DNA from: Dehalococcoidia bacterium | Lineage (GTDB): Bacteria > Chloroflexota > Dehalococcoidia > Lucifugimonadales > UBA3495 | Direction: 5' to 3' | Assembly: GCA_030740155.1 (NCBI GenBank) | Contig: JASLXV010000074.1 | Location: 22,786 to 86,785, forward strand | Length of the DNA stretch: 64,000 nt | Notes under the pieces: model-generated | Told to the model about the DNA's origin: nothing | Database searches by the model: none | The model's input: only the letters and a program-made list of their open reading frames with translations | Shown here: in pieces, positions 1 through 9,512 of the stretch | Layout: each line of letters opens with the position of its first letter | Position numbering within the stretch: the stretch's first letter is position 1 | Made by a program: the position numbers and the translations under genes

Positions 1-29
1 CCGCCGCGGCATCACACGAGGAGGTTTGT

Positions 30-1064
30 ATGCTATTACTTCAGCGCTTTTGGAAACCGACTGCGATATTCCTGGCCCTTCTGATATTGCCTCTGGTCGC
101 CATGGCCTGCGGCGAGGATGAAGAAAAACCGGTAATCAAGTTTGCCGACCAGCAATTCGAATCCCTCTGGATCAACAACGCCATCGCCCAGTTCATTATC
201 AAGAACGGATACGGCTACCCCGTCGAATCAATCGAGATGACCACGCCTATCATGCAGGCCACGCTGGCCAACGGGGACATAGACGTCGCTTTGGAGCTGT
301 GGCAGCAGAACTTCCTCGAGAACTACAATGAGGAGATCGCCAAAGGCAGCTACGTCAACCTGGGCCCGACCTACGAGGGCGGTCCCCAGTTTTTCGCGAT
401 CCCCAGCTACGTCCACGATCAGTACGGGATCAACACGGTCTTCGACATGAAAGAGCATTGGGAGCTGTTCAAGGACCCCGAGGACCCCAGCAAGGGCGCT
501 TTCATCAATTGCATCATCGGCTGGCAATGCGCCGAGATCAACATGGTTAAGATGGAGGCCTACGGGCTGACCGAGATGTACAACGTTATCTCTCCGGGCG
601 CGGCAGCAGCCATGGACGCCGCAATGGCCGGAGCGCAAAAGAAGACGGAGCCGGTGTTCGGCTACTACTGGGCCCCCACCTCCCTGATGGGCGCCTACGA
701 CTGGTGGATTCTGGAGGAGCCGGCCTATAACGCAGAGACCTGGGCCAAGATAGCGGCGGCGCAAGTTGACAAGAGCCTGCGGCCCCTCTCTGAGGCCGTC
801 GCTTACGAGACCCTCCCCGTCGATAAGGGGGTCCACAAAACCCTGAATGACAAGGCACCCGACATCTATGAATTTCTCTCGAAGATGAACATCGGGTTGG
901 AGCCAATCAACAAAACCGCTGCCTGGGCCGTGGAAACCGACATCCAGGGCGAGTGGGATAAGGCAGCCATCTACTATCTGCAGAACTTCGAGGACCGGTG
1001 GTCCTCCTGGATGCCCGACAAGGAATTCAAGAAGGTGAAAGAGGCCCTGGAAGACGCCTCCTAG
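30..1064 (+). CDS. Glycine betaine/proline ABC transporter substrate-binding lipoprotein (ProX/OpuAC family)
   Basis: GAGGAGG RBS; lipobox AMAC; family motifs GDIDVALELW, CIIGWQC, GYYWAPT. Confidence 0.85.
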   Translation: MLLLQRFWKPTAIFLALLILPLVAMACGEDEEKPVIKFADQQFESLWINNAIAQFIIKNGYGYPVESIEMTTPIMQATLANGDIDVALELWQQNFLENYNEEIAKGSYVNLGPTYEGGPQFFAIPSYVHDQYGINTVFDMKEHWELFKDPEDPSKGAFINCIIGWQCAEINMVKMEAYGLTEMYNVISPGAAAAMDAAMAGAQKKTEPVFGYYWAPTSLMGAYDWWILEEPAYNAETWAKIAAAQVDKSLRPLSEAVAYETLPVDKGVHKTLNDKAPDIYEFLSKMNIGLEPINKTAAWAVETDIQGEWDKAAIYYLQNFEDRWSSWMPDKEFKKVKEALEDAS

Positions 1065-1111
1065 CACCGGTGCAGGAGAGGTCTCCTGAAGTTACACATC
1101 AAGTGGTGAAT

Positions 1112-1145
1112 GCAGTAGGGGCGGGTATGAAACCCGCCCCTACTG
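1112..1145. terminator. Palindrome after the proX-like gene (GTAG-type REP-like element or bidirectional terminator)
   Basis: CAGTAGGGGCGGGT-ATGAA-ACCCGCCCCTACTG perfect 14-bp stem between convergent genes. Confidence 0.7.
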
Positions 1146-1205
1146 TTTCAGGACCGCCATCGCAGCACTGACAGGGTGGCCCGGACCGGGTCACCCTCCG
1201 GTTTT

Positions 1206-2684
1206 TCAGGCGCCTTCTCGCTCCGATTCGCCGCCCCCCATCGCCAGGGCCGGCAGGATCGCCACCAGGGCCACGCCCCCGGCCACCCGGAAAAAGTTGT
1301 GGAACAGGGAGAGCCCGGCGGCTGTTATCCGGTCGTTGTACTCTGCCAGCCGGGCTTCAATCACCCCCGCGGCCTCCCCCGCCTCGGGCAGCGGCAGCAC
1401 CAGCCCGGCGGTCAGTGTCTGGAAGTGCTCCACACCCCAGGCCGAGAGAGCCGCCAGCCCCAGGGTCATCCCCATCATCCGCGCCACCACCACCAGCGAG
1501 GCGACCGTGCCCCGGTAGTCCTCGCCGACCGAGTCCAGGGCCCGGGTCATGATCGGCGTGTTGTTCATGCCGAAGCCGAAGCCGGCGATCACCAGATCCA
1601 CGGTCAGCCACGGCTCGGCAATATCCAAATCCCAGCCGCTCACCAGGAAGAGGCCCAGGGCGCTCATCCCCAGGCCCAGGGCGGCCACCGGTCGGGCGCC
1701 GATAGACCCCAGAAGCCTACCACCCACGATGGCGCCCACGGGGATCGCCACCGTCAGCCGCAGCAGCCACATCGCGCCGGTCAGGGGCTCTTTCCCCATA
1801 ACCGTGCCGGCCATCAGCGGAACCGTGACCATGGCGATGATCAACGCCACGCCTTCCAGAAGCTGGGTCACGTTGGCCGCCACAAACGACCGGGACCGGA
1901 ATAGAAACGAGGCCAGCAAGGGTTGCCAGGCACGGCGCTCCACAATCACCAGGAGCCCCACCAACACCAACCCGGGGGCGGCGATGATAAACGGGGACGA
2001 TGACGACAGGGTGAACAGGCCCTGTCGCGATACCGCCAGAGACAGGACCAGCAGAGTGGCCACCAGGAGCGCACCGCCCAGGTAGTCCACCCGCCCTCCG
2101 GCGTTGCGCTGATTAGGCAACCAACCCAGGGCCACGAAAAGTACCGCGCTCTGGGGCAGATTGAGCCAGAAGATCCAACGCCAATCCAGCAACTCGATGA
2201 TGGCGCCGCCGTAGCCCGGCCCCAGCATGGATCCAGCCTCGGCCGCCGCGATCACGATCCCCAGCGCCATGCCGCGGCTGCGCTCCGGCAGGGCCGTACT
2301 GGCGATGGCCAGGCCGATGGGCACGGTGGCCCCTCCGCCGACGGCCTGTACCACCCGGGCCGCCACCATCCATTCCAGGTTTGGGGAAACTGCAACCAGG
2401 GCGGTGCCGATGCTAAATACCACCAGCGCCCCACGGTAGACCAGGGAGTAGCCGTAGACGTCCCCAAGCCTGCCGATCAAGGGCATCGCCACGGTATAGC
2501 CCAGCAGATACCCGGTAACTATCCAGGAGACCCGGTCGAGTTCGGAAAAGGGTATCTTGAGGTCCAGCATGACGCTGGGTACTGCGGTAACCACCACCGT
2601 CTGGTCCAGGGCGGTGACGAAGGCGCCCAGACCGATAATGGTCAACACCAGAGGGGCGGCCAAGCTGCGCCGCGCGCCTTGCAT
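1206..2684 (-). CDS. MFS transporter, DHA2/14-TM type, resembling Rv1410c (P55)
   Basis: ALDQTVVVTA, GRLGDVYG (motif A), ARVVQAVGGG, WRWIFWLNLP; many TM segments. Confidence 0.85.
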   Translation of the reverse strand: MQGARRSLAAPLVLTIIGLGAFVTALDQTVVVTAVPSVMLDLKIPFSELDRVSWIVTGYLLGYTVAMPLIGRLGDVYGYSLVYRGALVVFSIGTALVAVSPNLEWMVAARVVQAVGGGATVPIGLAIASTALPERSRGMALGIVIAAAEAGSMLGPGYGGAIIELLDWRWIFWLNLPQSAVLFVALGWLPNQRNAGGRVDYLGGALLVATLLVLSLAVSRQGLFTLSSSSPFIIAAPGLVLVGLLVIVERRAWQPLLASFLFRSRSFVAANVTQLLEGVALIIAMVTVPLMAGTVMGKEPLTGAMWLLRLTVAIPVGAIVGGRLLGSIGARPVAALGLGMSALGLFLVSGWDLDIAEPWLTVDLVIAGFGFGMNNTPIMTRALDSVGEDYRGTVASLVVVARMMGMTLGLAALSAWGVEHFQTLTAGLVLPLPEAGEAAGVIEARLAEYNDRITAAGLSLFHNFFRVAGGVALVAILPALAMGGGESEREGA

Positions 2685-2697
2685 GAGGTCGCCGCCC

Positions 2698-3423
2698 CTA
2701 TTCCGGCGCGGTGATGTTTACCGGGACATTTATTTCGTCCAGGGTCAGCAGCCTCACGGCGTCGGGGATGTCGGTGGGAAGCACCTGGCCGGAGATGCGC
2801 ACCTGTAGCAGCAACTTTCGCGACTGTTCCAGCCACAGGTCCAGATCTACGGCAAAGCCTTCTCCCGCGCCGGGCACCAGGCTGGATAGGGCCTCGGACT
2901 TGATTCGACCTTCGATCTGGTAGGTGTCGTACGCTTGCAATCGCTCGGATCCGGCGACGGTGGGTTCCTCCACCGCTCCGATGATGTCGGCTAGGGTCCG
3001 GCCCAGATCGGCAAACCTGACGGGCAGCGTTTCCGGCGGTACCTCGCGCCAGTCGCCGGTGAGCAGGTCTGTCATGTAGGCCTCATCTCCAATGGTTATA
3101 AAGCTGGCTTCTATGAATGATCGCGGGAAGGCCAGCTCCCCCTCCACGGCCAAAGAGACCCGGTCGGGAATCTCCACAAGGCCGGCCGCTTTCATCATCT
3201 CCAGGCCCGGAAACAGGGTCGTGCTGCCCTTTTCGTGGTTCAGGATGAACCGGGCCGATTCCAGCTGCAGGACCTCGACCGCAGCCTGGTTCAAAGCGGC
3301 CCCGGCATCAATTGCCGGCCCCGGGGTCGGCGTCGGGCTGGTGGTTACCGTTGAACCGCAGCCCACCGTCAGGACCGCGGTCAGTACGGCGCAAGTTGCC
3401 ACGCCCTTGAGTCGAGCTTTCAT
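2698..3423 (-). CDS. LppX/LprAFG family lipoprotein
   Basis: Start moved to ATG 3423 (MKARLKG..LTVGC lipobox); beta-rich body ending in VNITAP; directly upstream of the MFS gene. Confidence 0.75.
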   Translation of the reverse strand: MKARLKGVATCAVLTAVLTVGCGSTVTTSPTPTPGPAIDAGAALNQAAVEVLQLESARFILNHEKGSTTLFPGLEMMKAAGLVEIPDRVSLAVEGELAFPRSFIEASFITIGDEAYMTDLLTGDWREVPPETLPVRFADLGRTLADIIGAVEEPTVAGSERLQAYDTYQIEGRIKSEALSSLVPGAGEGFAVDLDLWLEQSRKLLLQVRISGQVLPTDIPDAVRLLTLDEINVPVNITAPE

Positions 3424-3869
3424 GCCGCCTTGGCATCCCCTACCGGCCCTATGTCCGCCGTCCGGTCCACCAGCTCTCCCGCTAACCGTTCCAAACATCG
3501 CAACAGTGAACAACCTAAGCTACCTCAACTCCGGGAAGGGCGTGTTGGTGTCTCTGCATCTACCGCCCGGGGACCACCAATAGCCTCCAGGCTGCGTTTG
3601 GCCGGGAGTTGCCGTCTGGCTTGTTTTGAACGGCTTGCCAGTCAAAAGTCCTAACCGATTCTATGATGGCGGCAAATGACCCGTCAGCGACGACATAGCT
3701 GCATCAGAGGGCCGGTCCCCGGTGCGAGACAGGCCCAACATTGCCGCGTATCGGGCCCCTTCCAGGTTGCCCAAGCATACCACCGCATGCCCGTGGGTAG
3801 CAACGAACCATCTACCCCGGCAGATCGGCCCTTTGCCCGAATAGCTTCCTTTGGTAACACCCATAATCT

Positions 3870-4125
3870 CGTGGATAACCATGGATAACGGTGGATAACA
3901 GCCTGCTAATCATGAACAGAAATGAAAGCGATGTGAATAGAATTACCTTGCCTATCCGCTTCTTCCCGGAAGCTCGAAAGACCCGCTGCTTGTCCACCTG
4001 GATAACCAACTTATCAACACCCTCTCACCGCTACTCCATGTTAGAATAAAGGCAGTCCACCAGACGCCAGATAGCAGACATAGCTGTTGTGCATCGTATC
4101 CACACCTTTATTACTATTACTGTAG
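3870..4125. other. Putative chromosomal replication origin (oriC)
   Basis: DnaA-box-like 9-mers at 3870, 3880, 3890, 3932, 3990, 3997, 4011 and 4096; GTATCCACA followed by CC-TTTATTACTATTACT (DnaA-trio-like); AT-rich non-coding region. Confidence 0.75.
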
Positions 4126-4137
4126 TTTCCATAACAT

Positions 4138-5439
4138 ATGATTGATACAGCAAGATTGAACATAAAAGCAGGAAACGGCGGCAACGGCTGCTGTAGCTTC
4201 TTGAGGGAACGTTTCAAGCCAAGGGGCGGACCTGATGGAGGAGATGGTGGCGCCGGAGGCAGTGCCTTTATCGTTGGCGATCCTTCTCTGAACACGTTGC
4301 GCCACATCAAGTTCAACAGCACGATATATGTCGCTGGCGGCGGTCATGGCAAGGGCAAGGACCGCCGAGGCGCCAATGGGGAAGATACCATCATTTCAGT
4401 CCCCATTGGAACCGAGGTTTCCCGCTGGCACAAGGATGGCACCAGGGAGTTGCTGTTCGATGTGGTGGGGATGGAGCCGCAGCTCGTTACCCAGGGAGGA
4501 AAGGGAGGCTTCGGGAATGCTCATTATGTGTCGGCGACGAATCAGGAGCCGGTGCTGTACGAGCGGGGTGAACGGGGCGAGTATGTAGTGTTGTTTCTTG
4601 AATTGAAGTTGGTGGCTGATGTAGGCCTGATAGCCTGCCCCAATGCTGGAAAGTCAACGCTTATTTCACGATGCTCTGCCGCCGAGCCCAGAGTGGCCGG
4701 GTATCCGTTTACCACCGTGGAGCCGGTATTGGGTGTCGTGAGCAGCCGAGGCTACACCTTCGTCATGATGGAAGTGCCCGGTTTGGTGGAAGGGGCCCAC
4801 AAGGGAGTGGGCCTGGGGCATCAGTTCCTGCGGCATGCGGAGCGGGTACGGGTCTATGTACACCTTGTTGATGGAATGTCGGAGGACCCGGTAGGTGATT
4901 TTGAGATGGTTACTGCCGAGCTGCGCCGGTTCAGTCCCGCGATGGTTGAAAAGCCGCTGCTGGTGGCGTTGAATAAGATTGACGTGACTGAGGTACGGGA
5001 GAACCGGGATGCGGTCGTCGCCGGTCTGGAAAAAGCGACGCGCGCACTGCCGGTGACCGGGCCCCAGGGGAATCCAGTGCCGGTGGTCTCAATATCGGCG
5101 GCCACGGGCGAGGGGGTAGAAGCACTCCTCGGCAAGGTCGTGGAGGTGCTGGATACCGCGCCGAGAGAGGGGCTGGCCCCGGTGGGGATTCATGAGCCAG
5201 TCGGCCGGGCGAGTAGGCCGAGTGCCCGTGAGGTGGTCTATAAAGAAGCGGGTGTGTACGTAGTGGAGTCGGAGCCACTCGAAAGGCTGGCGGCGTTGGC
5301 CGATACCAGAGACCGGCGGGTCATTTTGCAACTGTGGCGAGAGATGAGGCGCCGGGGACTGGCCCTGCAGCTTATGGAGGCTGGAATCGAGTTCGGAGAT
5401 ACTATACGAATCGGAAGGGTAGAGGTTGAGTGGTTCTAG
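4138..5439 (+). CDS. obgE: GTPase ObgE/CgtA
   Basis: Gly-rich Obg domain (GGPDGGDGG), G1 CPNAGKST, YPFTT, NKID, C-terminal OCT domain (GDTIRIG). Confidence 0.97.
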   Translation: MIDTARLNIKAGNGGNGCCSFLRERFKPRGGPDGGDGGAGGSAFIVGDPSLNTLRHIKFNSTIYVAGGGHGKGKDRRGANGEDTIISVPIGTEVSRWHKDGTRELLFDVVGMEPQLVTQGGKGGFGNAHYVSATNQEPVLYERGERGEYVVLFLELKLVADVGLIACPNAGKSTLISRCSAAEPRVAGYPFTTVEPVLGVVSSRGYTFVMMEVPGLVEGAHKGVGLGHQFLRHAERVRVYVHLVDGMSEDPVGDFEMVTAELRRFSPAMVEKPLLVALNKIDVTEVRENRDAVVAGLEKATRALPVTGPQGNPVPVVSISAATGEGVEALLGKVVEVLDTAPREGLAPVGIHEPVGRASRPSAREVVYKEAGVYVVESEPLERLAALADTRDRRVILQLWREMRRRGLALQLMEAGIEFGDTIRIGRVEVEWF

Positions 5440-5440
5440 G

Positions 5441-6640
5441 ATGCGGATAGGTGTTCTGGGTGGCACGTTCGACCCAGTTCACCTGGGTCACTTGAGCATG
5501 GCGGAGGAGGCCCGTATCCAGCTTGGGCTGGAGCGGGTGCTTTTCTTACCGGCCGGCCGGCCGTGGCTGAAGGAAGAGCAACCACTTACCGCGGTCCAAC
5601 ACCGGGTCAACATGGTGCGGCTGGCGGTGGATAACAACCCCCACTTCGAGGTATGCTTGGAGGAGATTGACCGGCCGGGACCCACCTACACCGTGGATAC
5701 ACTGGAGCAGTTGACGAAGGGACTTGATTCCACGGGGAGCCTGTACTTCATTCTGGGCCTGGATGCCATGGAGCAGTTCCACCGGTGGAAGGAGCCGGGC
5801 CGGGTTGTCGAGCTGTGCCATCTGGTGGTGGTCGCCCGTCCCCTCCACCAGCGTTTCGAATGGCCGGCTTTCTTTACTCAGTACCCGCGGGCCGCCGGGA
5901 GGGTGACGGTTTTGTCGACGCCGTTGAACCCTATCAGCGGCACCGAGATTCGCCGGCGGGCTGCCGATGGGATCTCGCTGCGTTACCAGGTGCCAGAGGC
6001 CGTGGCGGAGTACATCGAAGAGCACGAGCTTTTCAAGTCCGCCGACGCCGATGGGGTGTGGGCCACCGGCTCAGGCCAGGACAACGGGAGCCGCCTCCTT
6101 CAGGTGGCGCTGGAGCGAGGAGCGCTCAAGTACGGCGAGTTCACCCTCGTCTCGGGGAAGAAAAGCAGCTACTACTTCGATGGCCGGCTGCTGAGCCTGG
6201 ACCCGGAGGGAGCACACCTCATAGCCCGGGCCATGCTGCCGATTCTTCGGGAAGCCGGGGCCGAAGCGGTCGGGGGGCTCACCCTGGGCGCCGACCCCAT
6301 GGTCGCCGGCATAGCTCTAGCCAGCCACCTGGGGGGCGGACCGATACCTGGATTCATCGTCAGGAAGGAGGCCAAGGCCCACGGCACCCGACAGGGCATC
6401 GAGGGGCCGCTGGAGCCGGGCTGCAGCGTAGCCATCATCGACGATGTTTGTACTTCCGGAGGTTCCCTCTTTCAGGCTATCGCCGCGGTGGAAGCAGCCG
6501 GCTGCACGGTGGTCAAGGTGTTGGCCATTCTGGACCGGCGGGAAGGTGGATCGGAGGAGATTCGCCGGCTGGGCTACGACTTCGTAGCGCTTTTGCAGGC
6601 GACGCCGGAGGGCAAGATAGAGGTGTGCCGCACTCCCTGA
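5441..6640 (+). CDS. nadD: Fused nicotinate-nucleotide adenylyltransferase (NadD) and orotate phosphoribosyltransferase (PyrE)
   Basis: N-half GGTFDPVHLGH, TYTVDTL, ISGTEIR; C-half FTLVSGKKSSYYFD, RKEAKAHG, IIDDVCTSGGS; single uninterrupted frame. Confidence 0.9.
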   Translation: MRIGVLGGTFDPVHLGHLSMAEEARIQLGLERVLFLPAGRPWLKEEQPLTAVQHRVNMVRLAVDNNPHFEVCLEEIDRPGPTYTVDTLEQLTKGLDSTGSLYFILGLDAMEQFHRWKEPGRVVELCHLVVVARPLHQRFEWPAFFTQYPRAAGRVTVLSTPLNPISGTEIRRRAADGISLRYQVPEAVAEYIEEHELFKSADADGVWATGSGQDNGSRLLQVALERGALKYGEFTLVSGKKSSYYFDGRLLSLDPEGAHLIARAMLPILREAGAEAVGGLTLGADPMVAGIALASHLGGGPIPGFIVRKEAKAHGTRQGIEGPLEPGCSVAIIDDVCTSGGSLFQAIAAVEAAGCTVVKVLAILDRREGGSEEIRRLGYDFVALLQATPEGKIEVCRTP

Positions 6641-6652
6641 TAGGAGCCGGAA

Positions 6653-7672
6653 TTAATCCGGACCGGGTCCGAACAGCTGGCACAGGCTCCGAATCTCGGC
6701 CACGCCTTCCGATGGCTCCTCCAGCTCCAACGTGGAGCCCTCGGCCGCGGTTCCTTTCCGTACATACGCCAGGCCGACGGTCTCCCCGGTGGCCGGGTTC
6801 GTGGCTACCGACGTGACTTTCCCCACTTTCTGGCCGCCCAGCTCCAGAAAAGCCCCCTCAAATACGGCCGCGCCCTGGCCGAAGGTCAAGGCCACCAGAT
6901 ATTTCTGGACCTTCTGGTACGTGTCCAGCCGGGCGATGACCTCCTGGCCGATATAGCAGCCTTTGGCGAAGTCGATGCACCCGATAAGGCCGGCCTCCAG
7001 CGGGTTGTACTCCTCGCCGATCTCCCGGCCGTGGGACGGAATGCCCCACTGCACCCGCACCGCCTCGTAGGCATCCGCGCCCACCGGGGTGGCGCCCGAT
7101 TCCACCAGCGGTTGCCACACCCGAGGGGCGTCCTCGGCCGAAACGACCAGATAGAAGCAGGGCAGCTCCGCCAACGGGTGGTGGATAATGCGGGTCTGGC
7201 ATCCCCCGACGTCCGCAACCGCCGTGTGAAAGGGGGACAGGCCGTCCAGGCTGACGCGGGCAGCCGTCTCCACCGTTGCCCGGCTCGCGGGCCCAAAGAC
7301 GGCCAGCATGCGGGTGGCGGCGGTCACGTCCTCGACGGCCAGGTCCTCCATTATGGTGTACTTGTCCAGCCAGTCGATCACCGTTTGCTGGGCGCCGGCG
7401 CTGGTGATGAGCAGCACGTAGCCGCCGGTGTTGACCACGGCGACCAGGTCTAGGATCCGCCCCCGGTCGGTGGTCAGGATGGTTGGTGCGCCCTGGCCCG
7501 GTTGCAGGTCTACCACCTTGTTGGTCGAGAGGCGGTTGAGGAGGTCGAGGGCGTCGGCGCCGGAGGCCTTGAGGCGTCCGAAATGGGAAACGTCGTGGAT
7601 AGCCGAGCCCTCGGAGGCGGCCTGGTACTCGATGGCGGCGGCGGTGTGTGTTGCTGACTGTTGCACTGTCAT
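6653..7672 (-). CDS. ygfZ: YgfZ/GcvT-family folate-binding protein
   Basis: Signature KGCYIGQEVIAR; GcvT-like N-terminus. Confidence 0.88.
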   Translation of the reverse strand: MTVQQSATHTAAAIEYQAASEGSAIHDVSHFGRLKASGADALDLLNRLSTNKVVDLQPGQGAPTILTTDRGRILDLVAVVNTGGYVLLITSAGAQQTVIDWLDKYTIMEDLAVEDVTAATRMLAVFGPASRATVETAARVSLDGLSPFHTAVADVGGCQTRIIHHPLAELPCFYLVVSAEDAPRVWQPLVESGATPVGADAYEAVRVQWGIPSHGREIGEEYNPLEAGLIGCIDFAKGCYIGQEVIARLDTYQKVQKYLVALTFGQGAAVFEGAFLELGGQKVGKVTSVATNPATGETVGLAYVRKGTAAEGSTLELEEPSEGVAEIRSLCQLFGPGPD

Positions 7673-7769
7673 GGTTAGCCCGCAAGTCTCCGGAGGTGAG
7701 CCAGGCTAGATACGACGCGTCGCCTCCCGAGGCAATTGCGGCGGCGATCGAATGTCCGGGCCGACGGCG

Positions 7770-8126
7770 TTAAACGCTGAAGGAGGTGCCGCACCCACAG
7801 GACTTCTTTGCGTTGGGGTTTTCGAACACGAAGCCCTTACCATTGAGGCCGTCGGAAAAGTCCAACTCGGTCCCCACCAGGTAGATGTAGCTCTTCTTGT
7901 CCACCATCACCTTGACCCCATACTGCTCCACGACCTTGTCGGTGGGCAGCTCTTCGCCGGTGATCTTGAGGTCATAGGTCAACCCGGAGCAGCCGCCGCC
8001 CTTGACCGCCACGCGCAACCCCACATTCTCGTTTACGCCTTCCTTGGCGGCGAAGACCTTTATCTTGTCGGCGGCCTTTTCACTGATCTTTACACCCAGT
8101 TCAACGCCATTCTGCGTTATCGCCAT
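7770..8126 (-). CDS. iscA: A-type Fe-S carrier (HesB/IscA/ErpA)
   Basis: GGGCSGLTY and NPNAKKSCGCGTSF motifs. Confidence 0.93.
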   Translation of the reverse strand: MAITQNGVELGVKISEKAADKIKVFAAKEGVNENVGLRVAVKGGGCSGLTYDLKITGEELPTDKVVEQYGVKVMVDKKSYIYLVGTELDFSDGLNGKGFVFENPNAKKSCGCGTSFSV

Positions 8127-8193
8127 AGAACCCTCCAGGGGTACGGACTAGGTTCCGCTGAAACCAAAAGCTTGGCACAAGGCCAACACTCTA

Positions 8194-8222
8194 ATTCTAG
8201 GGTGTGCCCGGTTTCGAGTCAA
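8194..8222 (-). promoter_or_regulatory. Sigma70-type promoter for iscA-ygfZ
   Basis: TTGACT-17 bp-TAGAAT on the minus strand. Confidence 0.65.
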
Positions 8223-8377
8223 GCAATGGGGGTGGGGCGGTGACTGAGCAGCCCATTCCATCCACCATGGGGAGGGGGGAGCATCCGGATGAAGCGTGGT
8301 ATTGGCCGAAGGGACTGGCCAGCGGGACAGCAACCGGAAGGCGCACCTGCGTACCTGACGCCCACCCGCCAGGCGCC

Positions 8378-9409
8378 TCAGGCCGCGGCGGAGGTCAGCG
8401 CGTCCAGGTCCAGGTGTTCGCGCATGAGGTGGAGGAAGCGTCGGATCTTTTGCATGCTGTGGGTGTTGGCCTGTTGTGGGAGACCCCCCAGCGCCTCGGC
8501 GGTGTCCAGGGTGTTCCCTTCCACCAGAAGCAAGGGAACCTCCCGTTGGAGCGCCTCGGCCTTCACGTACTCCGTGGGCTCGGTGCCTCCGGTCAAGACC
8601 AGGCAGCGGGTGCCGGCCAGCATGCTGGCCATCTGAATATCCGGGCGACCGGCCCCGGTGATCACCGCTTGATTGGAGTACCGGCCGAAATAGGTCTGCC
8701 CCAGGTCCATGATGTTGCCGCCGATGAGGAACCGCTCGATCGATGCGTCGGTCTGGCTTGCTTCCTGCGCCCAACGGCCGCCCAGATAATCGGCGATCTG
8801 CTGGACCGTCACCGCCAGGATGGCGCGGTCTTCGGGCAAAGCGCCCAGGAACGGGACGCCGCCGGCCCGCGCCTCGGCCGCGAGGTTCTGGTTGATATCC
8901 CGGCCCCGGTATGCCGTGACCCCGTTGACCACGATGCCGGCCAGCCGGTCGCCGAAGGGCTGGCTGGCGGTCAGGATGGCGCCGGCATTCAGGTCTTCTG
9001 TGTACCGAAACAGCAGCAGCACCCGGGAGTCGACGAGTGAAGCCAGATCCAGGGGCAAGGGTGAGGCGCCGCCGCCGGTCCGCTCCAGGTCCGGGCTTTC
9101 CAATAAGACCAGGCCGGCCGCAGCCTCGAGCTGAGTCACGTCGCGCTTGATCTGGCCGGCCAAGGAGGGGTCCAACGCGGACCCGGGGAGCGAAGGTAGT
9201 TGTTGGGGAGTGGGGACCGGTGGATCGTTGGGGCCGGACAGCAGCATTTCAGACACGAAGGACGCGTCGGGATCTCTGTCCGGTGAATCGGAGAGGGGTT
9301 TGCTGTAGCCGGTGCTCTGGCCGGTCTCGGACCGGTGAAGCAGCAGTGCCCCTGCCAGGCTGGTCTTTCCAGACCCGGGCTGGGCTCCGATAATTTGGAT
9401 GACTGCCAA
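8378..9409 (-). CDS. DRTGG-domain protein (BioD-like phosphotransacetylase N-terminal family)
   Basis: N-terminal P-loop PGSGKTS; AVITGAGRPDIQ and LVLTGG DRTGG motifs. Confidence 0.8.
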   Translation of the reverse strand: MAVIQIIGAQPGSGKTSLAGALLLHRSETGQSTGYSKPLSDSPDRDPDASFVSEMLLSGPNDPPVPTPQQLPSLPGSALDPSLAGQIKRDVTQLEAAAGLVLLESPDLERTGGGASPLPLDLASLVDSRVLLLFRYTEDLNAGAILTASQPFGDRLAGIVVNGVTAYRGRDINQNLAAEARAGGVPFLGALPEDRAILAVTVQQIADYLGGRWAQEASQTDASIERFLIGGNIMDLGQTYFGRYSNQAVITGAGRPDIQMASMLAGTRCLVLTGGTEPTEYVKAEALQREVPLLLVEGNTLDTAEALGGLPQQANTHSMQKIRRFLHLMREHLDLDALTSAAA

Positions 9410-9512
9410 TTGGTCCCCCTAACGCTGTATGCCGGAAGGTACCGGGCCGCGGAGGTCCTTCAAGCCGGGGATTCTGTTTCCCTGGAACCCGGGCCCTGAC
9501 ACCCGGAGGACG

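Noticed and set aside
3661..4347. Short minus-strand ORFs upstream of obgE
   Set aside because: They overlap the DnaA-box region or obgE antisense and have no recognisable motifs
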